DNA of 64,000 nt from Candidatus Eiseniibacteriota bacterium (GTDB taxonomy: Bacteria > Eisenbacteria > RBG-16-71-46 > SZUA-252), in the NCBI GenBank assembly GCA_036274595.1, contig DASUFL010000021.1, forward strand, positions 8,521 to 72,520. Reading direction: 5' to 3'. Shown here one piece after another: positions 32,078 through 40,342 of the stretch. The notes below the pieces were generated by a model that ran no database searches, was not told the origin of the DNA, and was given only the letters and a program-made list of their open reading frames with translations. Position numbers and translations under genes: made by a program. How positions within the stretch are numbered: the first letter of the stretch is position 1; every line of letters begins with the position of its first letter.

Positions 32078-32124
32078 AAAAGAGGGCCGGCCCGAACGTC
32101 CCCCAACGGGGGCCGTCGGGCCGG
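32078..32124 (-). terminator. Intrinsic terminator after bS22
   Basis: CCGGCCCGA...TCGGGCCGG 9-bp stem enclosing CCCCC-GTT-GGGGG, followed by CCCTCTTTT. Confidence 0.6.
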
Positions 32125-32170
32125 AGACCGGTCCGGGAGCGGCAGAGAAGAGCCGCGTGGAGCGCTCCGA

Positions 32171-32266
32171 TCAGCGAAGCTTCTTCTTGTGCCGATCGCG
32201 CCGGAGCCGCTTCTTGCGCTTGTGAGTGGCGATCTTCTTCCGCTTCCTTTTCTTTCCGCTTCCCAT
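32171..32266 (-). CDS. Small ribosomal protein bS22 (mS38/COX24/AURKAIP1 family), 31 aa
   Basis: Not in the ORF track. AAGGAG SD, ATG 32266, MGSGKKRKRKKIATHKRKKRLRRDRHKKKLR, TGA at 32173-32171. Confidence 0.9.
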   Translation of the reverse strand: MGSGKKRKRKKIATHKRKKRLRRDRHKKKLR

Positions 32267-32290
32267 CGGTCTCCTTTGGCCGCCCGCAGG

Positions 32291-32569
32291 TCAACCGCCG
32301 CGGACCGCGCCCTTCAGCTCGTTCGACGCCTTGAAGACCGGCACCAGCTTCGCCGGCACCATCACCTCGGCGCCCGATCTCGGGTTTCGGGCCTTGCGGG
32401 CTTTGCGCTCCCGCACCTTGAAGGTCCCGAAACCGCGGATCTCGATATGCTTCCCTTCGCTCAACGCTCGCGAGATCGCGTTCAACAGCTGATCGACGAT
32501 CGTGGCCGTCTCGCTCTTCGAAATCTTGGTCGAGGACGATATCTCGTCCACGAGATCGGCTTTCGTCAT
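32291..32569 (-). CDS. HU/IHF family nucleoid protein
   Basis: MTKADLVDEI...IEIRGFGTFKV...ARNPRSG...VPVFKAS..LK; GGAGG SD before ATG 32569. Confidence 0.95.
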   Translation of the reverse strand: MTKADLVDEISSSTKISKSETATIVDQLLNAISRALSEGKHIEIRGFGTFKVRERKARKARNPRSGAEVMVPAKLVPVFKASNELKGAVRGG

Positions 32570-32618
32570 GTCGTTTCCTCCATCGGCTCGGGCCGCGTAA
32601 CCACCGTAGCCAGGCCAG

Positions 32619-32647
32619 AATCTAGCATCGGGCTGCGGGGCCGTCAA
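32619..32647 (-). promoter_or_regulatory. sigma70 promoter for HU/IHF-bS22
   Basis: TTGACG, N17 (ending TGC), TAGATT. Confidence 0.75.
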
Positions 32648-33541
32648 TCAACGCAGGCGATACTCCAGACGGGGTCCCTTCGAAGAGAACCCGGCAGCCT
32701 CGCCGACCTGGTTCATCTTCTCGTCGAGCAAATCCAAGAGACCCACCTTGTGACGCTCCTTGCGGACGATCGTAGGTTCTCCCCGGATCCCTCCCAGCTT
32801 GGCCGCCATGTCGATCGCGTCGTCGAGATCCCCGAGCCGGTCCACGAATCCGTACTCGAGCGCCTGGTCTCCCGAGAAGACCCGTCCGTCGGCGTAGGGC
32901 AGGATGTCCTCCCGCTCCATGCCGCGGCCGTCGACGATCGCATCCACGAACTGGTCGTACACGTTGGACAGCACGTTTTGGAGGAGCTCGCGCTCCTCGG
33001 CCGTCATCGGACGCCACATGCTCCCAACGTCCTTGTATTTCCCTGTCTTGATCACCTCGAAGTGAAGGCCCACCTTGCGGAACAGCTCCTCGGTGTTCGG
33101 AAAGCTCATGATCACGCCGATCGAGCCCGTGAGCGTCCCTGGATTCGAGACGATGGAATCGGCCGCGCAGGCGACATAGTACGCGCCCGACGCCGCCACG
33201 CCCGCGAAGGACGCGATCACGGGTTTCTTGTCGTCGTGCAGCTTCCGGAGCGCCTCGTAGATCTCCTGAGACGCCGCCACGCCCCCGCCCGGACTGTCGA
33301 GGCGGACCACGACCGCCTTCACGCTGGCGTCACGGTCGAGCCGCTCGATCTGGTCCACGATGTCATCGGAATCGTCGATCTCGCCGAGAATCTCCACGAG
33401 TCCGACGCGTCCCCCCAATCCTCCCCAGGCGGGGCGGTCTCCGCTCAGCGCCATGTTGACCACCAGGAACGCGAGCGCCACGGTCGCCACCGTCCCGACC
33501 AGCAGAAGCGCACAGCCTAGGAGCCAGCGATTCCGAGCCAA
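32648..33541 (-). CDS. sppA: Signal peptide peptidase SppA (S49, 36-kDa type)
   Basis: N-terminal TM, RLDSPGGGV, VAASGAYY, TLTGSIGVI, KTGKYKD and DGRVFSGDQA. TTG 33541 follows GGGAGG; the track's GTG 33568 falls inside the 6S stem. Confidence 0.95.
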   Translation of the reverse strand: MARNRWLLGCALLLVGTVATVALAFLVVNMALSGDRPAWGGLGGRVGLVEILGEIDDSDDIVDQIERLDRDASVKAVVVRLDSPGGGVAASQEIYEALRKLHDDKKPVIASFAGVAASGAYYVACAADSIVSNPGTLTGSIGVIMSFPNTEELFRKVGLHFEVIKTGKYKDVGSMWRPMTAEERELLQNVLSNVYDQFVDAIVDGRGMEREDILPYADGRVFSGDQALEYGFVDRLGDLDDAIDMAAKLGGIRGEPTIVRKERHKVGLLDLLDEKMNQVGEAAGFSSKGPRLEYRLR

Positions 33542-33553
33542 ACGCCCTCCCGA

Positions 33554-33786
33554 TCCCTGGTTCAGCACTTGGGATAGACCGACTGAACGTAGCAGACCGG
33601 AGGCGGGCTGTGAAAGGAGGAAGGCGCCGCGGTCTCGCCGCGGCGCCTTGGGTGGACCCGGGGGAAGTCGGGCCCTTGGATTACATGTTCCCCACGTGTG
33701 CCGTGCATCCGGTGCCGTTGGAACTGCGTCGTCTCGTCGAGGGGATCAGCTCAGGACCGGACGATTCTCGCGAGCACCGCAGGGAA
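33554..33786 (-). ncRNA. ssrS: 6S RNA (SsrS), about 233 nt
   Basis: The 5' end UUCCCUGCGGUGCUCGCGAG...CCUGAGCUGAU resembles 6S consensus blocks. Closing-stem pairings: UCCCUG (33785-80) with CAGGGA (33559-54), CGGUGCU (33779-73) with AGUGCUG (33569-63), and CUGAGC (33754-49) with GUUCAG (33588-83). Confidence 0.8.
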
Positions 33787-34078
33787 CAAGACTTGGTTTT
33801 CAGTTTTTTTGCTGCGCCCTACGCCATGTACCTACAGCAACCGCTGGACCACGACGCGACGCGCTCGCGGAAAATCGAGTCGCAACCCTCCCGGCGGTGG
33901 CTCGAATTGGCCACCGCTAACGTGTGTATTTCCAATTAGTTACGTGACAGGATTGCAGCGCGACGGGAATGGGCCGTGGCGCGCCTCGGTCCCACGGTTC
34001 GAAGGGGCTTCGAACGGGCCAGGCGGTGGCTGGATCGGGGTCGACGCCCCCAACGCCGGGCGTGAAAACCCCCAGACG

Positions 34079-35611
34079 CTACGGGCGGATGAGCGAGGTT
34101 CCGGTCATCTCCCGGGATGGTTCGAGTCCCAGGAGCTCGATCAGCGTGGGAGCGACGTCCGCCAGGATGCCGGACCGGAGGGTGATGTGGGGGCCGTGGC
34201 CGGCCGCCAGGATCGGAACCGGATTGAGGGTATGGGCCGTGTGAGGGCCGCCGGTCGCTTCGTCGATCATCTGCTCGGCGTTCCCATGGTCGGCGGTGAC
34301 GAGGGCGATTCCTCCGCGCGATTCGACCGCCTGGAGGACACGGCCGAGGCAGCCGTCCACGGTCTCGACCGCGCGGATCGCGGCCTCCAGAACGCCCGTG
34401 TGCCCCACCATGTCCGCGTTCGCGTAGTTGAGCACGAAGAAGCCGTACGGCTCCCCGGTGAGGCGGCGCACCACTTCCTCGGTCACCGGGCCGGCGCTCA
34501 TCTCCGGCTTCAGATCGTAGGTGGCCACTTTGGGCGAGGGAATGAGCGCGCGGTCCTCGCCTTGGAACGGCGTCTCCTCGCTGCCGTTGAAGAAGTAGGT
34601 GACGTGCGCATACTTCTCCGTCTCGGCGATCCGGAGCTGGCGGATCCCGGCCCGGCTCACGACCTCGCCGATCGTGCCCCCGAGGGGCTCGTCGGTGAAG
34701 ATCACCGGGAAGGGGAACGTCTCGTCGTATTCCGTCATGCACGTGTAGTGGATCGGGGGGGCGCCGCCCGGGCGTGGAAATCCGTCGAAGGCGGGATCGG
34801 CGAGGGCGCGCGAGATCTGACGCATGCGGTCGGGGCGGAAGTTGAACGCCACGACCGTGTCGCCGCTGCGAATCGCTCCGTCCGCGCCGCGCACCACGGT
34901 GGGATCCACGAACTCGTCCGATTCTCCGCGCGCGTACGCCTCATCGAGCGCGGCTTCCGCGGAGCCCGCCGTGCGCCCGTCCCCGATCACCATCGCCCGG
35001 TACGCCTTCTCGGTGCGGTCCCAGCGCTTGTCGCGATCCATCGCGTAGTAGCGTCCGGAGATCGTCGCGATCTTCCCGTCCTTCACGTCGCGGAGCACGG
35101 CTTCGATCCCGCGGATCGACGCGCCGGCCGAGCGCGGAGCCGTGTCGCGTCCGTCCAGGAACGCCTGCAGGCGGATCCGCGCCACGCCGCGCGCGATCGC
35201 CTGACGGATCATCGCGGCGAGATGCCGCTCGTGGCTGTGGACGCCGCCGTTGGAGAGGAGCCCGATCAGGTGGAGCGTGCCCTCGACGCGCGCGCGATCG
35301 AGCGCGGCGCCCCAGACCGGGTTCTTCGTGAGCGAGCCGTCCTTCACCGCCTGATCGATGCGCGTGAGGTCCTGATACACGATGCGGCCGGCGCCGAGGT
35401 TCAGGTGTCCCACCTCGGAGTTCCCCATCTGCCCCGCCGGGAGTCCGACCGCCTCGCCGCACGTCGTCAGCGTGGCGCTGGGCCGGGACGCGAGGAGCGC
35501 GTCCATGACGGGCGTGCGCGCGAGCGCGACCGCGTTGCCGTCCTTCTTCGGATTGATTCCCCAGCCGTCGAGCACGACGAGCCCGACGAGCCGCCCCTGG
35601 CTTCGGCTCAT
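34079..35611 (-). CDS. gpmI: 2,3-bisphosphoglycerate-independent phosphoglycerate mutase
   Basis: VVLDGWG, GQMGNSEVGH, GRYYAMDRD, NFRPDR, AETEKYAHVTYFF, NYANADMVGHTG and TADHGNAE. Confidence 0.99.
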   Translation of the reverse strand: MSRSQGRLVGLVVLDGWGINPKKDGNAVALARTPVMDALLASRPSATLTTCGEAVGLPAGQMGNSEVGHLNLGAGRIVYQDLTRIDQAVKDGSLTKNPVWGAALDRARVEGTLHLIGLLSNGGVHSHERHLAAMIRQAIARGVARIRLQAFLDGRDTAPRSAGASIRGIEAVLRDVKDGKIATISGRYYAMDRDKRWDRTEKAYRAMVIGDGRTAGSAEAALDEAYARGESDEFVDPTVVRGADGAIRSGDTVVAFNFRPDRMRQISRALADPAFDGFPRPGGAPPIHYTCMTEYDETFPFPVIFTDEPLGGTIGEVVSRAGIRQLRIAETEKYAHVTYFFNGSEETPFQGEDRALIPSPKVATYDLKPEMSAGPVTEEVVRRLTGEPYGFFVLNYANADMVGHTGVLEAAIRAVETVDGCLGRVLQAVESRGGIALVTADHGNAEQMIDEATGGPHTAHTLNPVPILAAGHGPHITLRSGILADVAPTLIELLGLEPSREMTGTSLIRP

Positions 35612-35618
35612 GAGCAAG

Positions 35619-35627
35619 ACCGTACCA
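35619..35627 (-). promoter_or_regulatory. Extended -10 element, probably giving a leaderless gpmI transcript
   Basis: TG-G-TACGGT then 7 nt to ATG 35611; no SD. Confidence 0.5.
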
Positions 35628-35639
35628 CAGGCTCGAAGG

Positions 35640-36128
35640 TCAGCGGCGGATCTCGATCTTGGGATGCGGCGGTTGGGCGACGGACGTGTGCGGCTCGGTG
35701 GCGCGGAGCCAGAGCGCCAGCGCGAGGGCCGCGGCGCTCGTCAGGAACGGCACCCACACCGGGACGATCCATGCGATCGGCACGAGGAAGACGACGTCCA
35801 GGTCCGCGAGCGATCGGGGAAAGCCGGTGAGCCAGCGGAGGAACGCGTAGTAGAGGATGTCCCAGATGCCGAAGATCCAGAGCCCGGCCGCCAAGCGCGC
35901 GCGGGGGGTGCGGCCCGCCAGGCAGGCCACGGCCGCGATCATCACGAGCGTGGCGATCTCACGCACCTGCTCGAGGAGGAGCGGCCCCGCGGGGATCGGA
36001 GCGAACGGAGGCGCCCAGCCTCCCGGATAGAAGAGCTGCTTCAGCGTGACCACGCAGGCGGCCTCGACGAGCGCCATGGCGGCGGCGTAGAGGCTGATCC
36101 AGGTCCAGACCGAGCGGCGCGCGATCAT
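35640..36128 (-). CDS. Conserved hypothetical membrane protein (4-5 TM)
   Basis: AMALVEAACVV, REIATLVMI, FGIWDILYY and FLVPIAW pattern; ATGA-coupled to lipM. Confidence 0.8.
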   Translation of the reverse strand: MIARRSVWTWISLYAAAMALVEAACVVTLKQLFYPGGWAPPFAPIPAGPLLLEQVREIATLVMIAAVACLAGRTPRARLAAGLWIFGIWDILYYAFLRWLTGFPRSLADLDVVFLVPIAWIVPVWVPFLTSAAALALALWLRATEPHTSVAQPPHPKIEIRR

Positions 36129-36913
36129 GCGGTCTCCACGGCCCGGGCCCGCGCGCGTTCCACGCCCCCAGGAACACAGACGTCGAACGGCGCCGCCTCG
36201 AGGGGCGCGCCCAGTCGTCCCGCGACCTTCTGGGCGAGCACGTCTCCGAGCGCCTGGGCGGACACGGAGCATCCCAGAATCTCGGCGATCGACCGAGCGT
36301 GCTCGGCCAGGCGCTCCCGCTCTCCCGGACGGTCGCCGCGGAAACGCGCAATGTCCCGGTGACGGGGCGAGAGAGGCACGGAAGCGTGACAGAGGGCCGC
36401 CCCGCGCGTGAAGCGCGATGCGATCCCGGCGACCTTGAACGCGCCCGATCGGAGCTCCCCGCTCGACGCGCGGGCGAAGCAGGGGTCGGCGCCGGGCCTC
36501 GCGGCCATGCCCCGCTCGAGGACGCGCTCCGCCTTCACGCCGAACGCCCCCACCGCATCGGCGAGCGCTTCGGCGACGAGATTCGCGTACGCGCGGGGAC
36601 CGAGGCCCCACGGTCCCGGAAGGCTCGCGGCGAGCGCGAACGTGAGCTCGCCGTCGTGGAGCACGGCGTCGCCGCCCGTCGGACGCCGCACGACGTCGAG
36701 CCCGGCCGCCCGGATCGCGCCCTTGTCCCAGCCGTCGGGAAAGGGCTCGGCGCGGCCGAGGCTGATGGCAGGAGGATCCCAGTCGTAGATGCGGAAGACG
36801 GCGCGATCCACGCCGCGCGACGCCCAGTCGAGGAGCGCGGCGTCGATCGCCATCTGGAGCGAGCCGTCCTCTTGGAGGGGCGGAAGCCGGAGAAGCCGGA
36901 GCGGGGGGCTCAC
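36125..36913 (-). CDS. lipM: Lipoate-protein ligase family, LipM-like octanoyltransferase
   Basis: MAIDAALL, RIYDW..PAISLG, VVRRPTGGDAVLH, and PCF...FKVAG (LipM catalytic Cys and Lys positions). Catalytic domain only. Confidence 0.7.
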   Translation of the reverse strand: MSPPLRLLRLPPLQEDGSLQMAIDAALLDWASRGVDRAVFRIYDWDPPAISLGRAEPFPDGWDKGAIRAAGLDVVRRPTGGDAVLHDGELTFALAASLPGPWGLGPRAYANLVAEALADAVGAFGVKAERVLERGMAARPGADPCFARASSGELRSGAFKVAGIASRFTRGAALCHASVPLSPRHRDIARFRGDRPGERERLAEHARSIAEILGCSVSAQALGDVLAQKVAGRLGAPLEAAPFDVCVPGGVERARARAVETA

Positions 36914-36920
36914 GGCACGA

Positions 36921-37571
36921 TCAGAACCGGAGGGCGCCCAACCAGTCGTCGAGCAGGAACATCACGCGGCCGATCAGGAGCGAGACGCGCGCCATCACCG
37001 TGTATCCGTACGACGCGCCGAAGCTCACCATGAGGAAGTAGATCCCGAGCCGCGCCGTCCCCCCGAGCGCACCCTTGTGCTCCTTCGAGAAGAAGAAAAA
37101 GATCAGCGTGCAGACGAGACCCACGACGAGAAGGATGTTGCCGATGCTCGTGCCGATGCTCCCCGGCACCCAGAGCGGCAGGATGGTGCCGTGGATCTGC
37201 TCCACGAAGTCTCCCTGGCCGAATCCCGTGATGCGGAGCGCGGGATAGACGCCGAGCACGAAGGCGATCGGCCACCGCGACAGCCAGTCCCCGCGCGGGA
37301 AGAAGCGCGAGAAGAGCATGATCCCGAGGATGAGCGGGACGACGAGGAGCCAGTGGTAGTCCTTCGCGAACGAGGAGAAGAGCGGCACGAACAGGTTCGG
37401 GTACACCGACGAGATCATCGTGAGCACCACGTAGTAGCCCGCCGAGATTCCGACGAACAGGTGCTCGCAGAATTTGTACACCGGGTTGTCCCGGTACAGG
37501 AAGCTGAAGATGCCGAGCGTGAGGAGCGCCGCGATCCAGATGCCGATGTCGTGGCTCGGGTGGAGGCTCAC
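36921..37571 (-). CDS. Uncharacterised membrane protein (~6 TM), GlmL-associated module
   Basis: WIAALLTLGIFSFLYRDNPVYKFCEHLFVGISAGY...FLMVSFGASYGYTVMARVSLLIGR; GTGA-coupled start at 37571. Confidence 0.85.
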   Translation of the reverse strand: MSLHPSHDIGIWIAALLTLGIFSFLYRDNPVYKFCEHLFVGISAGYYVVLTMISSVYPNLFVPLFSSFAKDYHWLLVVPLILGIMLFSRFFPRGDWLSRWPIAFVLGVYPALRITGFGQGDFVEQIHGTILPLWVPGSIGTSIGNILLVVGLVCTLIFFFFSKEHKGALGGTARLGIYFLMVSFGASYGYTVMARVSLLIGRVMFLLDDWLGALRF

Positions 37572-38398
37572 CGCCCGTTCCCCTTCTTCGGCCCGGCGAT
37601 GAACGCCAGGTTGCCGAGCACGATCATGAACGCGATGAACACGTGCGCGAGCGACTGCGCGTCCATGCCCCGGGTCGCGAGTCCGGGCGCGCCCACGAGG
37701 ACCTCGTATTCGGCCGCGCCCGCCATGCCGCCGAGGAGGCCGTGGAGCTGGCCCGCCTGGAGGTACGGGTAGTACTCCGGCGCGCTCACCGCGGTCACCC
37801 CGGCGACCATCGGCACGTGGTACCGGGACACCACCTGCTGCACCCATTCCTTCGTCCCCGGATAACCGGCGCTGATGTCCACGATGAGCCGGATCTGCTG
37901 GAAGTTCTGGATGCCCTTCATCACCGGGATCGTGTTGACCGCGACGCCGCGGTTGTCGACGGGGAACGTGTTGGGAATGCTCTGCCCCATCTGCGACATC
38001 ACGAGCTCGTTCCCGACCTTGTAGCCCAGGTTCACGTAATCGACGCCCTGCGTCTTGTGGTACTCCTCCCCCGCGATGCGCAGCACCTGGTCGGTGAGGG
38101 GCGGTCCTGCGGGGTAGAGCGCGAGGGCGATGATCCTCATGTTCCGCCGCATGAGCTGGCGCACGGCCGCCAAGTGCATCGGATAGTTCTCGGCGGACGT
38201 GCCGGGATCGTAGTCGCCGGACAGGAGCACCACCGATCCCTCGGGCAGCTTTTCGATCGCGTCGTAGAAGCCGCGCGAGCGATTGCTGGGCAGGACCGGA
38301 GCGATGTGGAAGCTGAAGAGGAGCGGCACGATCACGAGGAGCGCGACCCCGAGGAAGATCCACCGCCGATCCAGATGACGCAGGGCGGCCAGGCTCAT
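37568..38398 (-). CDS. Uncharacterised membrane protein (TM - alpha/beta domain - TM), GlmL-associated module
   Basis: RRWIFLGVALLVIVPLLF TM; soluble region with VLLSGDYDP, DYVNLGY and PYLQAGQLHGLLGGMAGAAEYE; C-terminal TM. ATGA-coupled start at 38398. Confidence 0.85.
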   Translation of the reverse strand: MSLAALRHLDRRWIFLGVALLVIVPLLFSFHIAPVLPSNRSRGFYDAIEKLPEGSVVLLSGDYDPGTSAENYPMHLAAVRQLMRRNMRIIALALYPAGPPLTDQVLRIAGEEYHKTQGVDYVNLGYKVGNELVMSQMGQSIPNTFPVDNRGVAVNTIPVMKGIQNFQQIRLIVDISAGYPGTKEWVQQVVSRYHVPMVAGVTAVSAPEYYPYLQAGQLHGLLGGMAGAAEYEVLVGAPGLATRGMDAQSLAHVFIAFMIVLGNLAFIAGPKKGNGR

Positions 38399-39027
38399 GA
38401 GTCCCCTCCGCCGTACGTCTTCTCGAGCCCCAGGATCACGCGGATGCCGGTGGCCATGACGCCCAGCGCGGCGCCGATCAGGATCCCTCGCTTCGCCGCG
38501 TTCTGCGGGATCTCCATGAGCCAGTCGGCCGCGGCCGGGATGGCCGGGTGGATCGCGGCCCCGAGCGGCACCCGTCCGATCATCAGGATGAACGCCGCGA
38601 TCGCGAGGAGGAGCGCCTCGACCGAGCGGATGCGGAACGCGCGGAACGCCGCCGACGCGATGAAGAAGGCGAGGAGCGAGAACATGGTCGCCGTCATCGG
38701 CGAGTAGAAGGTGCGATAGATCCACTGGAAGCGCGAATCCACGTCCGTGTAGTGGTTCCCCTCCGAGAAGCCGACCACCATCGTGACGAGGAGGCCCGCG
38801 ATCAAGACCATCTTGTACGGCCAGTCACGCTCCTTGCGGGAGACCTGCCGCGTGTTGATGCGCAGGAGATTCGCGACGCCCAGCACATAGGTGAACCCGA
38901 CCACCACGATCGCCCAGTTCTGAAGCCCCTCATACGCGGCCTTGACCGTCGGATGCGGCACGAACCAGGCCAGCAGCATGAAGAGTCCCGCCACGAGCGT
39001 GATGACGATCGGGATCTCGCGCTTCAC
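38395..39027 (-). CDS. Uncharacterised membrane protein (~6 TM), GlmL-associated module
   Basis: Six hydrophobic segments; ATMFSLLAFFIASAAFRAFR, GRVPLG and KRGILIGAALG motifs. Confidence 0.85.
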   Translation of the reverse strand: MKREIPIVITLVAGLFMLLAWFVPHPTVKAAYEGLQNWAIVVVGFTYVLGVANLLRINTRQVSRKERDWPYKMVLIAGLLVTMVVGFSEGNHYTDVDSRFQWIYRTFYSPMTATMFSLLAFFIASAAFRAFRIRSVEALLLAIAAFILMIGRVPLGAAIHPAIPAAADWLMEIPQNAAKRGILIGAALGVMATGIRVILGLEKTYGGGDS

Positions 39028-39037
39028 GCGGGCGTCC

Positions 39038-40207
39038 TCACTGGGTCGAGAAGAAGTCGCCGAGCCAGGTCTGGCCGAACGTGGCCAGGATCGAGCCCAG
39101 GACGATGATGGCGATCATGAGGATCTTCACGGAGTCGGTCGCCTTCAAGCTCCCGAGCAGCCGCGCGTCGTTCGAGAGGAGCGCGCTGGCGGCGAAGTAC
39201 TCCTCGCCGATCAGCGTGTAGTCGCACGCCACCACGAAGAAGGGCATCTGATGGACGTTGGCCGTCCCGGCGATCTGGATGGCGCCCACGGCGTGCCCCG
39301 TCTCCGCGAGGAGGAGTGATTCCGCGAAGAAGGCTCCGAGCAGGAGATTCGCCGCGGGCCGCTCGCGGAGCATCATGCCGTTGACCGCGGCCACGTAGGC
39401 GAACTGCTCCGAGGTGACGTAGCGGACCTGGTCACTCTTGTAAACGTCCGATCGCCCCACGTCGGCGTACGCCGACTTCACGACCTCTTCGGCGACCGTG
39501 TAGACGCCCGGGGAGTTCGTCGGGACGTTGAGGGCGGTCTCGTACTTGGCGGCGATCCGCGCCACGCGGCCCAGGAGGATCATGCTCGCGATGGTCTGAA
39601 TGTCGTCGATTTCCTGCACGCCGGGCACATAGAGCACCCCCTTCCCCATCTCGGTCGCGCGTCCGACCGCCTCTTCGATCGCATCGAGTCCCGGGATCTT
39701 GCGGAAGACCCACTTCGTGCCGCCCTCGGATTTCCGGATGTACCAGAAGAGGAGCGCGAAGAAGACCCCCGCGACCACGAGCACGTTGAACTTGCTCCAA
39801 TCGAAGAGATTCACCGACGCGTGCGCAGGACCGGAGACCTCGGAATCGAGGGAGGGATCCGCGGGCGAGGCCACGAGCTGGTACTCGTAGGCGGTGCCGT
39901 TCTGCGCCGTGTCGTCCGAGTAGTGCGAATCGGTTCCGTCGACCGTCGCGACCGGCGCGAACGTTCCCCCCTGCTCGCGTCGGACGAGGATCCAGGAGGT
40001 CGGATGGTGATCCGGCGGCGTCCAGGACACGTCGACGCTGCCGCCCCCGTCGTTGGGGGTATCGCCCGCCTGGAGCGGGAATGCGGAAGCGAGGGCCGGG
40101 AAGGCGAAAATCGAAACCGCGGTGAGGAGGAACGCGGCCACCGCGAGCCGAGAGAGTCGGTCGCCGGGAGATCGTAGCAGGATCCGCGCGCCGCGGAAGT
40201 TTGTCAG
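39038..40207 (-). CDS. Fibronectin type III + DUF6754 membrane protein
   Basis: Signal peptide; FN3-like domain (VSW...YSD....G..YEYQL); TM; RKIPGLDAIEEAVGRATEMG...QMPFFVVACDYTLIGEEYFAASA; C-terminal TM. Start inferred at CTG 40207; the first canonical start is GTG 40141. Confidence 0.8.
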   Translation of the reverse strand: MTNFRGARILLRSPGDRLSRLAVAAFLLTAVSIFAFPALASAFPLQAGDTPNDGGGSVDVSWTPPDHHPTSWILVRREQGGTFAPVATVDGTDSHYSDDTAQNGTAYEYQLVASPADPSLDSEVSGPAHASVNLFDWSKFNVLVVAGVFFALLFWYIRKSEGGTKWVFRKIPGLDAIEEAVGRATEMGKGVLYVPGVQEIDDIQTIASMILLGRVARIAAKYETALNVPTNSPGVYTVAEEVVKSAYADVGRSDVYKSDQVRYVTSEQFAYVAAVNGMMLRERPAANLLLGAFFAESLLLAETGHAVGAIQIAGTANVHQMPFFVVACDYTLIGEEYFAASALLSNDARLLGSLKATDSVKILMIAIIVLGSILATFGQTWLGDFFSTQ

Positions 40208-40309
40208 GGAGTGGCTCCCGTACGGGTATGAAGCGCTCCAGCCCTGCCGCGATCGGAACTCAGCACGTGGCGCGTTTCCTCCCAGGTACCAACCGGCAAA
40301 ACCGCAACA

Positions 40310-40338
40310 ACCGTAGACTTCGACGCCGCTTCTGTCAA
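40310..40338 (-). promoter_or_regulatory. Internal sigma70 promoter for the membrane-protein sub-operon
   Basis: TTGACA (40338-40333), N17, TACGGT (40315-40310). Confidence 0.75.
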
Positions 40339-40342
40339 GAAA

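Noticed and set aside
33621-33649. 12-bp GC hairpin read as an intrinsic terminator ending a shorter RNA
   Set aside because: The U-tract is poor (CCUCCUUUC), and sequence downstream pairs with the RNA 5' end in three blocks. It remains the alternative stated in the 6S finding.
33550-33800. SRP RNA, tmRNA, RNase P or riboswitch identity for the intergenic RNA
   Set aside because: The SRP CAGG..GGAA..AGCAG, RNase P GAGGAAAGUCC and tRNA-like ends are absent, whereas 6S blocks and pairing are present.
33920-33950. AT-rich patch as a dif site, given the nearby xerC
   Set aside because: It does not match the GGTGCGCATAA-N6-TTATGTTAAAT consensus.
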